Shown: in pieces, positions 49,053-57,472 of the stretch
Layout of the letters: the number at the start of each line of letters is the position of its first letter
How positions within the stretch are numbered: position 1 is the stretch's first letter
Origin: Candidatus Giovannonibacteria bacterium RIFCSPLOWO2_02_FULL_45_28
Lineage (GTDB): Bacteria; Patescibacteriota; Minisyncoccia; UBA11713; 2-01-FULL-45-33
Reading direction: 5' to 3'
Length of the DNA: 64,000 nt
Assembly (NCBI GenBank): GCA_001780725.1
Contig: MFIM01000005.1
Coordinates: 2,127 to 66,126 of the forward strand
Program-made: the position numbers and the translations under genes
The notes under the pieces: generated by a model
Databases searched by the model: none
Told to the model about the DNA's origin: nothing
What the model saw: only the letters and a program-made list of their open reading frames with translations

Positions 49053-49453
49053 TTTGCCCGTGTTAAATTATATTTTTTAAGCAGATAGATAAAATCAAAA
49101 TATTCATTAAACACTCTAGGCTCTAAAAGCAACCTGTTTGGTTCGCGCTCAAAAATTATCTTGCCGCTAGAAATAATTTGATATTTAAGCTCTGGCGATT
49201 CAATGTCATTCATGCTATGGACATCAACCTTATTTGTTGCGAGCATTTTTGAAATTTCCGAAGAAAAATAGAAAACCATCTGTCCTCTTTTTATGGGACT
49301 TTTTTCCGTAAAGTAAATTCCAAAATCGTAATCGCTCATCGGCCCAGTTTTACCGCTTGCTTGGGAGCCGAAAAGGTAAACGAGGCCGACAGCCGGTTCG
49401 GCTTCAAACACAGCTGATAATTTATCTTTTATCTCTTTAACAGCCTTACTCAT
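49049..49453 (-). CDS. mntA: Minimal nucleotidyltransferase antitoxin (MntA)
   Basis: LFGSQASGKTGPMSDYD fits GSx10DxD. Coupled to the HEPN gene by an ATGA overlap. Confidence 0.85.
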   Translation of the reverse strand: MSKAVKEIKDKLSAVFEAEPAVGLVYLFGSQASGKTGPMSDYDFGIYFTEKSPIKRGQMVFYFSSEISKMLATNKVDVHSMNDIESPELKYQIISSGKIIFEREPNRLLLEPRVFNEYFDFIYLLKKYNLTRAK

Positions 49454-49462
49454 GTCGCATTT

Positions 49463-49525
49463 ATAGTAAAATAATTTTGACTATTTTACAAGCTATTGAC
49501 AAAAATAGGCCTCTTATGCTAAGCT
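49463..49525. promoter_or_regulatory. Back-to-back divergent sigma70 promoters
   Basis: Minus strand: TTGTAA-17 nt-TACTAT before mntA. Plus strand: TTGACA-18 nt-TAAGCT with TGn. Confidence 0.6.
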
Positions 49526-49551
49526 GTTTTTAGAATAAACGGAGGCAACCT

Positions 49552-49665
49552 ATGGAACAAGTTGAAGCAAGAGGTATCCTTGGCCACCGCGCGATAAACT
49601 CCCAGTTCTCGAAAGCCCAGAGTCGGTCGCATGACCTCAGTTTTTTATTTTTTAATTATTTTTAA
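49552..49665 (+). CDS. 37-aa small ORF or gene relic (MEQVEARGILGHRAINSQFSKAQSRSHDLSFLFFNYF)
   Basis: Preceded by a consensus promoter and a GGAGG SD 6 nt before the ATG. Below the ORF-track length cutoff. Confidence 0.4.
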   Translation: MEQVEARGILGHRAINSQFSKAQSRSHDLSFLFFNYF

Positions 49666-50396
49666 CTCAACCATTTTTCAAAATCGGTCAAAAATTGATT
49701 GACGACTTGGTCGGTTTTGAAATGGGAAATCATGTCCGGGAAAAACTTCGGCGGAACAGTCACAATATGCGCGCCCGCCAAACGAGCATCCCGAACGTCT
49801 ACGACGCTCCGCATACTGCCTGCGATGATTTCTGAATTGATTTTGCTCTCGTCAAAAATCCGGCGCGTAGCGCTTACAACCCTAATAGGATCAAAATCTG
49901 CGTCGTCAAGAGCTTTTTTGGCTTTAGTTTCCTCGCGTTCCTTTAACATGGCAGCATCTGTTCCGCCGTCTCTTATGCGGCCCCAAAAAAGACTGACGTA
50001 TTTTGCGCCAGCGCGCGCCGCCATAACCGCCTGGGTCACGCTCATGCAAGCGGTACAGTTTACAGAGATTCCCATTTCGCTCAATTTTTTGATTGTTTCC
50101 AATTCTCCCCAGCCCACTTGAACTTTAATGCTTATTTGCGGATAACCGAACTCCCTAATAAACTCTCTGGCTTGTTTTAAAATAATTTCTTTGTCTCTGG
50201 AAAAAACTTCCACGCTCAAATGAATGCCGGGTTTGTATTTATTGATTAAATCTATTATTGCTCCGATATGAGATTCAAACGAACCTTTCGGTTCCTTGGC
50301 CAAAAGCGAAGGATTGGTGGTTATGCCCTCGGCGAAACCTCGCTTTAGGGCTTCTTCAATGTCCGTTAAATTTGCGCTATCAATAAATATTTTCAT
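49662..50396 (-). CDS. Transaldolase (TalC/FSA family)
   Basis: IFIDSAN, GITTNPS, SVEV, IKV (Schiff-base lysine), SLFWGR and GSMRS motifs. Confidence 0.88.
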   Translation of the reverse strand: MKIFIDSANLTDIEEALKRGFAEGITTNPSLLAKEPKGSFESHIGAIIDLINKYKPGIHLSVEVFSRDKEIILKQAREFIREFGYPQISIKVQVGWGELETIKKLSEMGISVNCTACMSVTQAVMAARAGAKYVSLFWGRIRDGGTDAAMLKEREETKAKKALDDADFDPIRVVSATRRIFDESKINSEIIAGSMRSVVDVRDARLAGAHIVTVPPKFFPDMISHFKTDQVVNQFLTDFEKWLS

Positions 50397-50958
50397 GAAT
50401 ATATCTTACTGCTTCTGATAAATTTGTCACGCGCGCATCGGCTTTTAAATTTTTATTTTGCGCGCAATCTATTAAAATTGTTTTGCATCCGGCCGCTTGG
50501 CTGGCTTTTATATCGCTTTCCGAGTCTCCGACCATAAAAGATTTTTTTAAATCAATCCCCCATTTTTGCGCGGCCGAAATCAGCATTCCGGGCTTCGGTT
50601 TTTTGCATTCGCACCCGTCGTCTCGCCCATGCATACAAACAAAAATATCATCCAGCGACAGTTCTTTAATATCAGCCATTATTTTATCATATTCTAATTG
50701 AGACATATTCCCGTAAACTACGTCCGGCTGATTGGTCACCAAAATTTTTAAAAAACCAAGCTTGCCGAATTCTTCCAAGGCCACAGCAACACCATCTTTA
50801 CAATGAAACTCGTCGTGCCTCCACGGAGCAGTCCAGCGCACCTTCTTGTCTTGGACAAAAACATTTTCGCCTCGATCCACTGTGTCATTTATCACTCCGT
50901 CTCTGTCCAAAAATACTGCGCGCCTTAAACCAGTTTCGGTTTTTGGATTCCTTCCCAT
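50380..50958 (-). CDS. gmhB: GmhB-like sugar-bisphosphate phosphatase (HAD IIIA)
   Basis: FLDRDGV, TNQ, CxH...CxCxKP and VGD motifs. Confidence 0.88.
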   Translation of the reverse strand: MGRNPKTETGLRRAVFLDRDGVINDTVDRGENVFVQDKKVRWTAPWRHDEFHCKDGVAVALEEFGKLGFLKILVTNQPDVVYGNMSQLEYDKIMADIKELSLDDIFVCMHGRDDGCECKKPKPGMLISAAQKWGIDLKKSFMVGDSESDIKASQAAGCKTILIDCAQNKNLKADARVTNLSEAVRYIHENIY

Positions 50959-51545
50959 TTTCCTTCGGTCATTTTTAATTCCGGATGAAAAACTATCGCG
51001 TGCCAAAGCACAGCTTGCCACGATTCGGCGTGCGCCGTTACGTTTTCCGGGTTTACCACCGGCACCAAAACACAGGCGTCCGCCACTTTGGCGGTGTACC
51101 CGCCGTCGCGGCTCACTATGCCTATTATCTTGGCGCCGCGATCTTTAGCGTGAATTAACGCGTGAACAATATTAGCGCTGATATTTTTTTCCGCGTTTCC
51201 GCCGCCGACGGAAAACACCATCACCGCGTCATTTGGATTTAAATGGTTATGCTCCAGCCACTTCACAAAAACCGAATCCCAGCCGTCGTCGTTAACGCGG
51301 GCGGTGAGCTCGGCAACGTTGTCGGTTGGAGAATAAGACTGGATATGGGCGATTTTCCGAAAATCATTCACGGCATGCGAGGCGTTGGCCGCAGATCCGC
51401 CAACCCCCAAAATAAAAAGCCGGCCTTTCTTTTCCCTCACGCCCTTTAAAATATCAACGGCGCAAGAAACTGCCTCTCGGTCAATCCGGCGGGTAATCTC
51501 GGCTACCTCACTCAAATAGTTCTCTATATATTCGCGGTGAAGCAT
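50925..51545 (-). CDS. gmhA: SIS-domain phosphosugar isomerase (GmhA-like)
   Basis: GVGGSAANASH, ND and FSVGGG motifs. Confidence 0.85.
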   Translation of the reverse strand: MLHREYIENYLSEVAEITRRIDREAVSCAVDILKGVREKKGRLFILGVGGSAANASHAVNDFRKIAHIQSYSPTDNVAELTARVNDDGWDSVFVKWLEHNHLNPNDAVMVFSVGGGNAEKNISANIVHALIHAKDRGAKIIGIVSRDGGYTAKVADACVLVPVVNPENVTAHAESWQAVLWHAIVFHPELKMTEGKWEGIQKPKLV

Positions 51546-51549
51546 ATTT

Positions 51550-52275
51550 TTATAACTCCCGAAGCTCCTCAAAGTATTCTCTTGTCCTTTCTAAGTATTC
51601 CAAAGTGTCTGCTCCGAAAACAGCCTCTGTCGGAGAAAGAATGTGGGTTTGAATCGGAATGCCTTTTTGGAGCAAATCGGGAAAAACATGTTTTCCAAAA
51701 TCATAAAAAGCGCCAGCTGGAATATATTTAAAAATATCCGGTTTTAAAATATATACGCCCGCATTAACAAAATTAATGTCAGGCCGAGACGCGCCCTCCC
51801 AAAAATCTTTTACGAAACCGCTATAGTCAATCTCTACAACGCCCCCTGCGGCTCCGCTGTTCGGATTAATTTTCCTGTCAAATAACGCAATCAAGGCCGG
51901 ACTGCGAGGATCCGGCGAAGCGCTTAAAATTTTCCCGAAATCCATATTAAAAACATTGTCGCCGTAAACCACCAAAAACGGTTCTTTTAATTTTCCTTCC
52001 AGCCTCTTTACGGCCCCTGCGATACCAACCAGGTCTTTTTCATAAAAATATTCAACCTTAAGGCCGAACCGGGACCCGTTACCAAAATAATCTGAAATTT
52101 TATCCGCCAAGTAATGCGTGTTTAAAATAACATCCCTTATTCCGGCTCTTTTTAACTGCTGCAGTGTGCGCTCTAAAATATTTTTACCGGCAACTTCTAT
52201 CAAAGGCTTGGGTGTGTCATTTGTCAAAGGCCGCAAACGAGTGCTCAACCCTCCTGCTATAATTACAGCTTTCAT
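51550..52275 (-). CDS. Sugar-1-phosphate nucleotidyltransferase (HddC/mannose-1-P guanylyltransferase-like)
   Basis: AGGLSTRLRPLT...PKP, GD and NAGVY motifs. Confidence 0.85.
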   Translation of the reverse strand: MKAVIIAGGLSTRLRPLTNDTPKPLIEVAGKNILERTLQQLKRAGIRDVILNTHYLADKISDYFGNGSRFGLKVEYFYEKDLVGIAGAVKRLEGKLKEPFLVVYGDNVFNMDFGKILSASPDPRSPALIALFDRKINPNSGAAGGVVEIDYSGFVKDFWEGASRPDINFVNAGVYILKPDIFKYIPAGAFYDFGKHVFPDLLQKGIPIQTHILSPTEAVFGADTLEYLERTREYFEELREL

Positions 52276-53207
52276 AATTTTGGAATAACGTATTTTTTAA
52301 TGTAATCTACGCTCTTTTTCAGCCCTTCCTCCAAACTAGTTTTCGGTTTCCAACCCAAAGCCCTCGCCTTGGAAATATCGGCCTCCGTCCTTTCTACGCC
52401 GAAACTCAATGAGGGGCGCAGTTCCGGCTCCACCTTCGTGCCCAACAGCTTTTGTGTCGCATCCAAAAGTTCCTTAAAACTGGTGGCGATACCGCTGCCC
52501 AAATTATACACTTGGCCGTTTGTAAAACTATTTTCCATCGCTAAAAGATGAAAATCGTTAATATTGTCCACGTAAATATAATCTTTGCTGCGCTCTCCTT
52601 CGCCGTATAAAATCGGCTTCTCTCCTCGCAAAAGCTGGATAATAAATTCGCTCACGATTGGTCGGTCGGTTCTTCGCCAGTCTTGCCGTGGGCCATAGAC
52701 ATTAAAATACCGCAGACCAGCAATATTCATCTTGTGGTATTTTACGTAACTTTGCGCAAAAAAATGGCCGGCGGCTTTAGAATCCGCATAAAAAGTTTCC
52801 GGCTGCATTTTTTCTTCTGTTGTCGGGAAGGTTTTTAAGCCGCTATAAACATCCGAACTTTCCGCGTAGATAATTTTTCTTACATTAGCCCTCTTCGCGG
52901 CTTCTAAAACGTTCACCGTGCCGACGACGTTGATGTCCGCTGTGTCCACCGGATCTCTTTGGCAGTCTGAAAGGCAATTTTTAGCCGCCATATGAAAAAC
53001 CGTATCTACGCCCTCAAATACCGGATAAATATCTTTGGAACGGATATCCAGTTTATGAAATTCCGCTTCCGGCGCAATTTGTTCTTTTAGACCGTACGAC
53101 AAATTATCTATCCCGATTACCTTATGGCCTGCGGCAATAAGCCTGTCGGCAAGATTGCTCCCTATAAAACCGGCGATGCCGGTAACTAAAACTTTTTTCT
53201 GATTCAT
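52272..53207 (-). CDS. NAD-dependent epimerase/dehydratase
   Basis: GIAGFIG, YADSK and RYFNVYGP motifs. Probable start MNQKK. Confidence 0.88.
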   Translation of the reverse strand: MNQKKVLVTGIAGFIGSNLADRLIAAGHKVIGIDNLSYGLKEQIAPEAEFHKLDIRSKDIYPVFEGVDTVFHMAAKNCLSDCQRDPVDTADINVVGTVNVLEAAKRANVRKIIYAESSDVYSGLKTFPTTEEKMQPETFYADSKAAGHFFAQSYVKYHKMNIAGLRYFNVYGPRQDWRRTDRPIVSEFIIQLLRGEKPILYGEGERSKDYIYVDNINDFHLLAMENSFTNGQVYNLGSGIATSFKELLDATQKLLGTKVEPELRPSLSFGVERTEADISKARALGWKPKTSLEEGLKKSVDYIKKYVIPKL

Positions 53208-53231
53208 AATCTTGATAAAACGTTTCTGCAA

Positions 53232-53810
53232 CTACTTATCTTTTAGCTTCTTAAATTTTTCCTCCAGCCAACCAAGCACGAGAAGCTGGTCGTCAACTGT
53301 AGCACGACGGATTTGTGACAATAAATGGATCTGGTCGGGTTTCGGTAGTGCGGTATTTTGCAAGCCCTCGTTACAGTTGGAACAAATGGCTTTGAGATTG
53401 CTCGGTTCATCTGAGCCGCCTTTTGATTTATCTATGATATGCCCAATAGTAAGGCGTATTTTTCTATCGGGATGAAATGGGTCAATATCAGAGGCAGCCA
53501 TTCCGCAACTCTGGCACGTAAAACCATTTCTGTCTAAAACAAAGGCTCTCGTTTCTTTAGATATGCCTCTGGCAAAAGCTGGTTTTCTTTTTTCTGTTAA
53601 CAAAATATATTGTCCGGGTTTTAAATCAGCTTTGTCTTTGTGTGAGATGATCTGATAACCATCCTCATCTCTAAGCTCACGCACGCGACGTGCCCACTCT
53701 GCCGCCCAACCAGAAGCTTTCTGTAATTGCCTTGAATCAACGATGTCGCCCACATTAGTCAAAAGAAAATTTAGTATTTTTTGTTTTGAACTTTTTTTAA
53801 ATGTAGTCAT
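53232..53810 (-). CDS. HNH endonuclease, KpnI-like putative type II restriction enzyme
   Basis: N-terminal wHTH-like region (WARRVRELRDEDGY), then CxxC...GHII...NL..ICxxCN. Confidence 0.75.
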   Translation of the reverse strand: MTTFKKSSKQKILNFLLTNVGDIVDSRQLQKASGWAAEWARRVRELRDEDGYQIISHKDKADLKPGQYILLTEKRKPAFARGISKETRAFVLDRNGFTCQSCGMAASDIDPFHPDRKIRLTIGHIIDKSKGGSDEPSNLKAICSNCNEGLQNTALPKPDQIHLLSQIRRATVDDQLLVLGWLEEKFKKLKDK

Positions 53811-53811
53811 T

Positions 53812-54801
53812 TTAGGATTCTAACGCTTTTTTAATAGCGAGGCCAACCGCATGAGCAACCGGGGGCGGGAATGCGTTGCCGATTTGCTTATACGCAGTCG
53901 TTTTTGGGCCAACAAAGTGCCACCAATCTGGAAATCCTTGTATGCGGGCGGCCATTTTAACAGTAATTTTAGGTATATGATTTTTGGATTCCTTGGCAGA
54001 GGGAGCCTCATCAGCAATGCCGATACCGTTAACGGATAATTTAAGCCATTGTGCTCGTGTCCGTGTTGGACCAAGGTCGGGGCCTCCGTGTTTTACAGAG
54101 CCACCGACAATTGTGGGGCCAATGTCAGCAGCTTTCTCGGCCCATGACTCGGCATGTTTCCATCCGTTTTTAACCATAAGATCTTTTAGGGTTTCGCCAA
54201 CTGTTTTTTTGCCTATCTTTTTTTCAGGCCAACTAAAGTTTTCAGCATACTTTTTTTGAAGACCAACTAAAACAAAACGTGGTCTGAGTTGCGGTACTCC
54301 AAAATCTGAAGCATTGAGTATGGTCATAAAAATTTTATAACCCATTTTTTCAAGCCGAGATTGTAATTTATTTCTGTACTCAACAAACTTTGCAGACATA
54401 AAGCCTGGTACATTTTCCAAGAGAACGGCTCGCGGTCGCGCTTCATCAATTATCCTAAGAGCTGTCGGGAATAAGTCACGCTCGTCTTTTTCTCCTAACT
54501 GTTTACCTGCAAAAGAAAAGGGAGGGCAAGGAACACCGCCAGCGATAAGGTCAACTCCCGCAAAGTCCCCGCCTGAGAGCGTTTTAATATCTTGTTTGAT
54601 TACATTCCAATAAGGTCGGTTGAATCGCAATGTTTCGCAAAATCGTGGATCAATTTCTACAACAGCAATAGGTTCGAAACCAGCCAGTTCAAGACCCAAT
54701 GCCTGACCGCCCCCACCAGCACACAGCTCAAGAACAATCGGCTTTCGGTACCCTCTTTTTAATACATATTGGTGTGTCGGCTCAGCTAATATTACAGTCA
54801 T
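53812..54801 (-). CDS. DNA cytosine-C5 methyltransferase, M.NgoMIV/M.NaeI-like
   Basis: CAGGGG, GGVPCPPFS, ENV, QLRPR and QIGNA motifs. The variable region contains VGGS.KHGGPDLGPTR. Confidence 0.9.
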   Translation of the reverse strand: MTVILAEPTHQYVLKRGYRKPIVLELCAGGGGQALGLELAGFEPIAVVEIDPRFCETLRFNRPYWNVIKQDIKTLSGGDFAGVDLIAGGVPCPPFSFAGKQLGEKDERDLFPTALRIIDEARPRAVLLENVPGFMSAKFVEYRNKLQSRLEKMGYKIFMTILNASDFGVPQLRPRFVLVGLQKKYAENFSWPEKKIGKKTVGETLKDLMVKNGWKHAESWAEKAADIGPTIVGGSVKHGGPDLGPTRTRAQWLKLSVNGIGIADEAPSAKESKNHIPKITVKMAARIQGFPDWWHFVGPKTTAYKQIGNAFPPPVAHAVGLAIKKALES

Positions 54802-54831
54802 AAAGTTAGTATATCATTTTTACTTCATAAA

Positions 54832-55842
54832 TTATTTTTTATAAATCCTTTCCACTATTTTTAAAGCCTGATATCCGTCCTCTCCCGAAGGCCGCGGCGT
54901 CCTCTTCTCGCGAATCGCTGATATAAACTCTTGCAATTCTTTCGCCAAAGATTGGTTTTTGTCCGCGCCGCAAAAAAATTCTTTTTCTTTCGGCGCGTCA
55001 AAATAATTTTTGCTTCTTAGACCGAGGGTCAGTTTTTCTTTCCCATATCCATATGGCACATTGCCTAATCCTTCTATCCGAATATAACCTAGCGTCCCGT
55101 AAATCTCAAAATTATGAACAGGATCCCAATTTGTCCAGCTTACATGAATTGAAGCCGTTTGATTTCTTTTGTTTTTAAGAATTAAAAAAGCGTTGTCATC
55201 CACCGATGAATTCCAGTAAAGATTTTCGGCAAATCCGCAAATATCCCGGAAGTTCCCCAAAAACATCCGGCAAAGATCTATCATATGAACACCCTGATCC
55301 AAAAGCTCTCCCCCGCCACTGACATTTTTATTTTGCCGCCATTCTTTTTCATAACCCAAACGTCCGCCGAACCCGTACCTGGCCCTTATAAATAAGATGT
55401 CGCCGATTTTTTTAGCTTTAATCAATTTGTCCGCCAAAAGATAGCTCGGATGGAAGCGATGATTAAAACCAACCATATAAGACAGATGGCGCTTTCCGGC
55501 AGCCTTTACTGCTTCGGCCAACTCCCCGGAGTTTACGCCGGCTGGTTTTTCACAAAGGACATGTTTTCCGGCTTTCAGCGCCTCTATTGAAAGCGGCGCT
55601 AAAAATTTATGCGGAACTGCGATAACTACCGCATAAATATCTTTCATTTTTAACAGTTGCCGCGGCTCCGAAAATGCTTCGCAATTTTTAAACTTGCTGG
55701 CCAATTCCTTTGCACCGAGAAAATTTTGGTCGGCAATGGCCCGCAAAGACGCTGCCCCGCACATTTTTAACGCGCTTGCCCAGCGGCTGCCCATGCGTCC
55801 CGCGCCGATTAAACCGAAATTATATTTTTTCTTACCAATCAT
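54832..55842 (-). CDS. Gfo/Idh/MocA family oxidoreductase
   Basis: GAGRMG, CEKP, GFNHRF and GGGELLDQGVH motifs. Confidence 0.88.
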   Translation of the reverse strand: MIGKKKYNFGLIGAGRMGSRWASALKMCGAASLRAIADQNFLGAKELASKFKNCEAFSEPRQLLKMKDIYAVVIAVPHKFLAPLSIEALKAGKHVLCEKPAGVNSGELAEAVKAAGKRHLSYMVGFNHRFHPSYLLADKLIKAKKIGDILFIRARYGFGGRLGYEKEWRQNKNVSGGGELLDQGVHMIDLCRMFLGNFRDICGFAENLYWNSSVDDNAFLILKNKRNQTASIHVSWTNWDPVHNFEIYGTLGYIRIEGLGNVPYGYGKEKLTLGLRSKNYFDAPKEKEFFCGADKNQSLAKELQEFISAIREKRTPRPSGEDGYQALKIVERIYKK

Positions 55843-56632
55843 AACCGCGGTCTTCCGGCCGAATACGGCGATAATTATAAATATCCGACTTTTTTATATC
55901 ATGCAAATGATCCGGAAATTCCCGCCACTTGTCCCATACTGCGCTTATATTTTTTCCGGTAATGCCGTTTGATTTTTCCGATGCCAAAAAAACGGCCAGC
56001 TCCGCCGCTTTTTCCGGAGAAGTTGTCTTTGATTCTCCTGACGCCTCCTTTAAAGCCGCCTCGTATTTTTCTTTTCCGGCGTGCTCCGGCCCGGCTTTAA
56101 TAAGATCCCGCGTAATCCCAGAATTAACCAGTCCGGGCGAGATAGCGTTGATTTCTATGCCGTAAGGCAAAAGCTCTTCCGCAAGCGACTCCACCAAACG
56201 CAAAACGCCGCCCTTGGAGCTTGCGTAAGAAGTAAAATTCGGCAAGGGTCCATCTCCTCCTCCCGCAAAAGCTATAATTTTCCCCTTCCCGCCCTTTTTA
56301 AGCAAAGGCAGGGCGTATTTAATGGAAAGCATCGTGCCGTACAAATTCACTTTTATAGCATCAAGCCATTTCTCCGCATCGCACTTTTCCAGAGAACCAA
56401 TCTCGCCATAAATGCCTGCAGCCGTTACCAAAATATCCAACGCGCCGAATTTTTTTTCAACCAAGCCCATAAGACCTTTTACGCTTTCTTGATTGGTAAC
56501 GTCTACCGGATAAGCGCCAGACCTGCTGGCCGTTATAACATCGCATCCTTCCCGCTCAAAAAACTCGGCGATGGTTTTACCTATCACGCCACTGCCTCCC
56601 GTGATTAACGCTTTTTTATTTTTTAAAATCAT
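55832..56632 (-). CDS. SDR family oxidoreductase
   Basis: TGGSGVIG and YASSK motifs. Confidence 0.85.
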   Translation of the reverse strand: MILKNKKALITGGSGVIGKTIAEFFEREGCDVITASRSGAYPVDVTNQESVKGLMGLVEKKFGALDILVTAAGIYGEIGSLEKCDAEKWLDAIKVNLYGTMLSIKYALPLLKKGGKGKIIAFAGGGDGPLPNFTSYASSKGGVLRLVESLAEELLPYGIEINAISPGLVNSGITRDLIKAGPEHAGKEKYEAALKEASGESKTTSPEKAAELAVFLASEKSNGITGKNISAVWDKWREFPDHLHDIKKSDIYNYRRIRPEDRGYDW

Positions 56633-56653
56633 CAAGTTTATTTTTATTATTAC

Positions 56654-57472
56654 TCACCGCGCCAAGTTTAATAAATAATGGTTAGTCTCATGAAGTTTAA
56701 AACCGACTTTTTGATAAAGAGCGTTTGCCGCGAGTCTTTTGGGGTTGGTTGTTAGCTCAACTACCTCCACACCATTGTTTTTTGCCCATCTTATTAGATC
56801 AAGCAAAATTTTCTCGCCCAGTCCCTTACCGCGATGTCGTTCGTCAACAATCATATCTTCCACGACAGCTTGGTGGCGCAACTTTGTCTGGCGAGGAAAA
56901 ATCCAGCCAATACCGATAAGTTCGCCATTTTCTTCTATTTTGCTGATATAGCCTTCCACAATCGCCCTATAAAGCGATTGCTCGTTCACAACGGCGGCAG
57001 GATCCAGCTGTGCCACAAGCTTCCGGATTTCATCCAAGTTGTAAGTAAATTTCTTCTTTATAAATTCAAGTATCTTTTGGTTTGAATCAAAAGCAACGGT
57101 TTTAAGCTCAAATATGGGCACAAACGCAATTTCAGCATTCTCTTCAAGGTTCAGTTTAATATCACCGGCCAGCTCCGCCAGATACGCAAAAGATAAAACA
57201 GGAAAGCCATATTTTTTATAACTGGCAGTGCCCGCGAACGCGCCAAGGTATGTGAAGCGCGAATCCACACCCAGCTCCTCTTTGATTTCTCTCTGCAAAG
57301 CCTCCTCCGGTGTTTCACCTTGTTGAAGATACCCGCCTATAAAATCCCATTTGCCCTTAAATGGTTCTTCGTTCCGTTTCGCCACCAAAAGTTTCTGTTC
57401 GCGAATAACAACGGCAGTCGCTGTCGGCTTAGGATTTTCAAACGCACAAAGCTCGCAGTCGGTATTTTTCAT
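56654..57472 (-). CDS. Nudix hydrolase-GNAT acetyltransferase fusion
   Basis: Nudix box GGYLQQGETPEEALQREIKEELG, then VEDMIVDERHRGKGLG and LYQKVGF. Confidence 0.8.
   Translation of the reverse strand: MKNTDCELCAFENPKPTATAVVIREQKLLVAKRNEEPFKGKWDFIGGYLQQGETPEEALQREIKEELGVDSRFTYLGAFAGTASYKKYGFPVLSFAYLAELAGDIKLNLEENAEIAFVPIFELKTVAFDSNQKILEFIKKKFTYNLDEIRKLVAQLDPAAVVNEQSLYRAIVEGYISKIEENGELIGIGWIFPRQTKLRHQAVVEDMIVDERHRGKGLGEKILLDLIRWAKNNGVEVVELTTNPKRLAANALYQKVGFKLHETNHYLLNLAR

Noticed and set aside
48585-50396. Transaldolase repeat pair as the TR/VR of a diversity-generating retroelement
   Set aside because: The mismatches are not adenine-specific, the repeat joins the gene's start to its end, and no reverse transcriptase is present in the window.
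53208-53231. Possible target-site duplication or gene remnant flanking the R-M cassette
   Set aside because: No convincing direct repeat with 54802-54831 was found by eye. The lack of GCCGGC inside the 1.6-kb cassette is also too small a sample to interpret.
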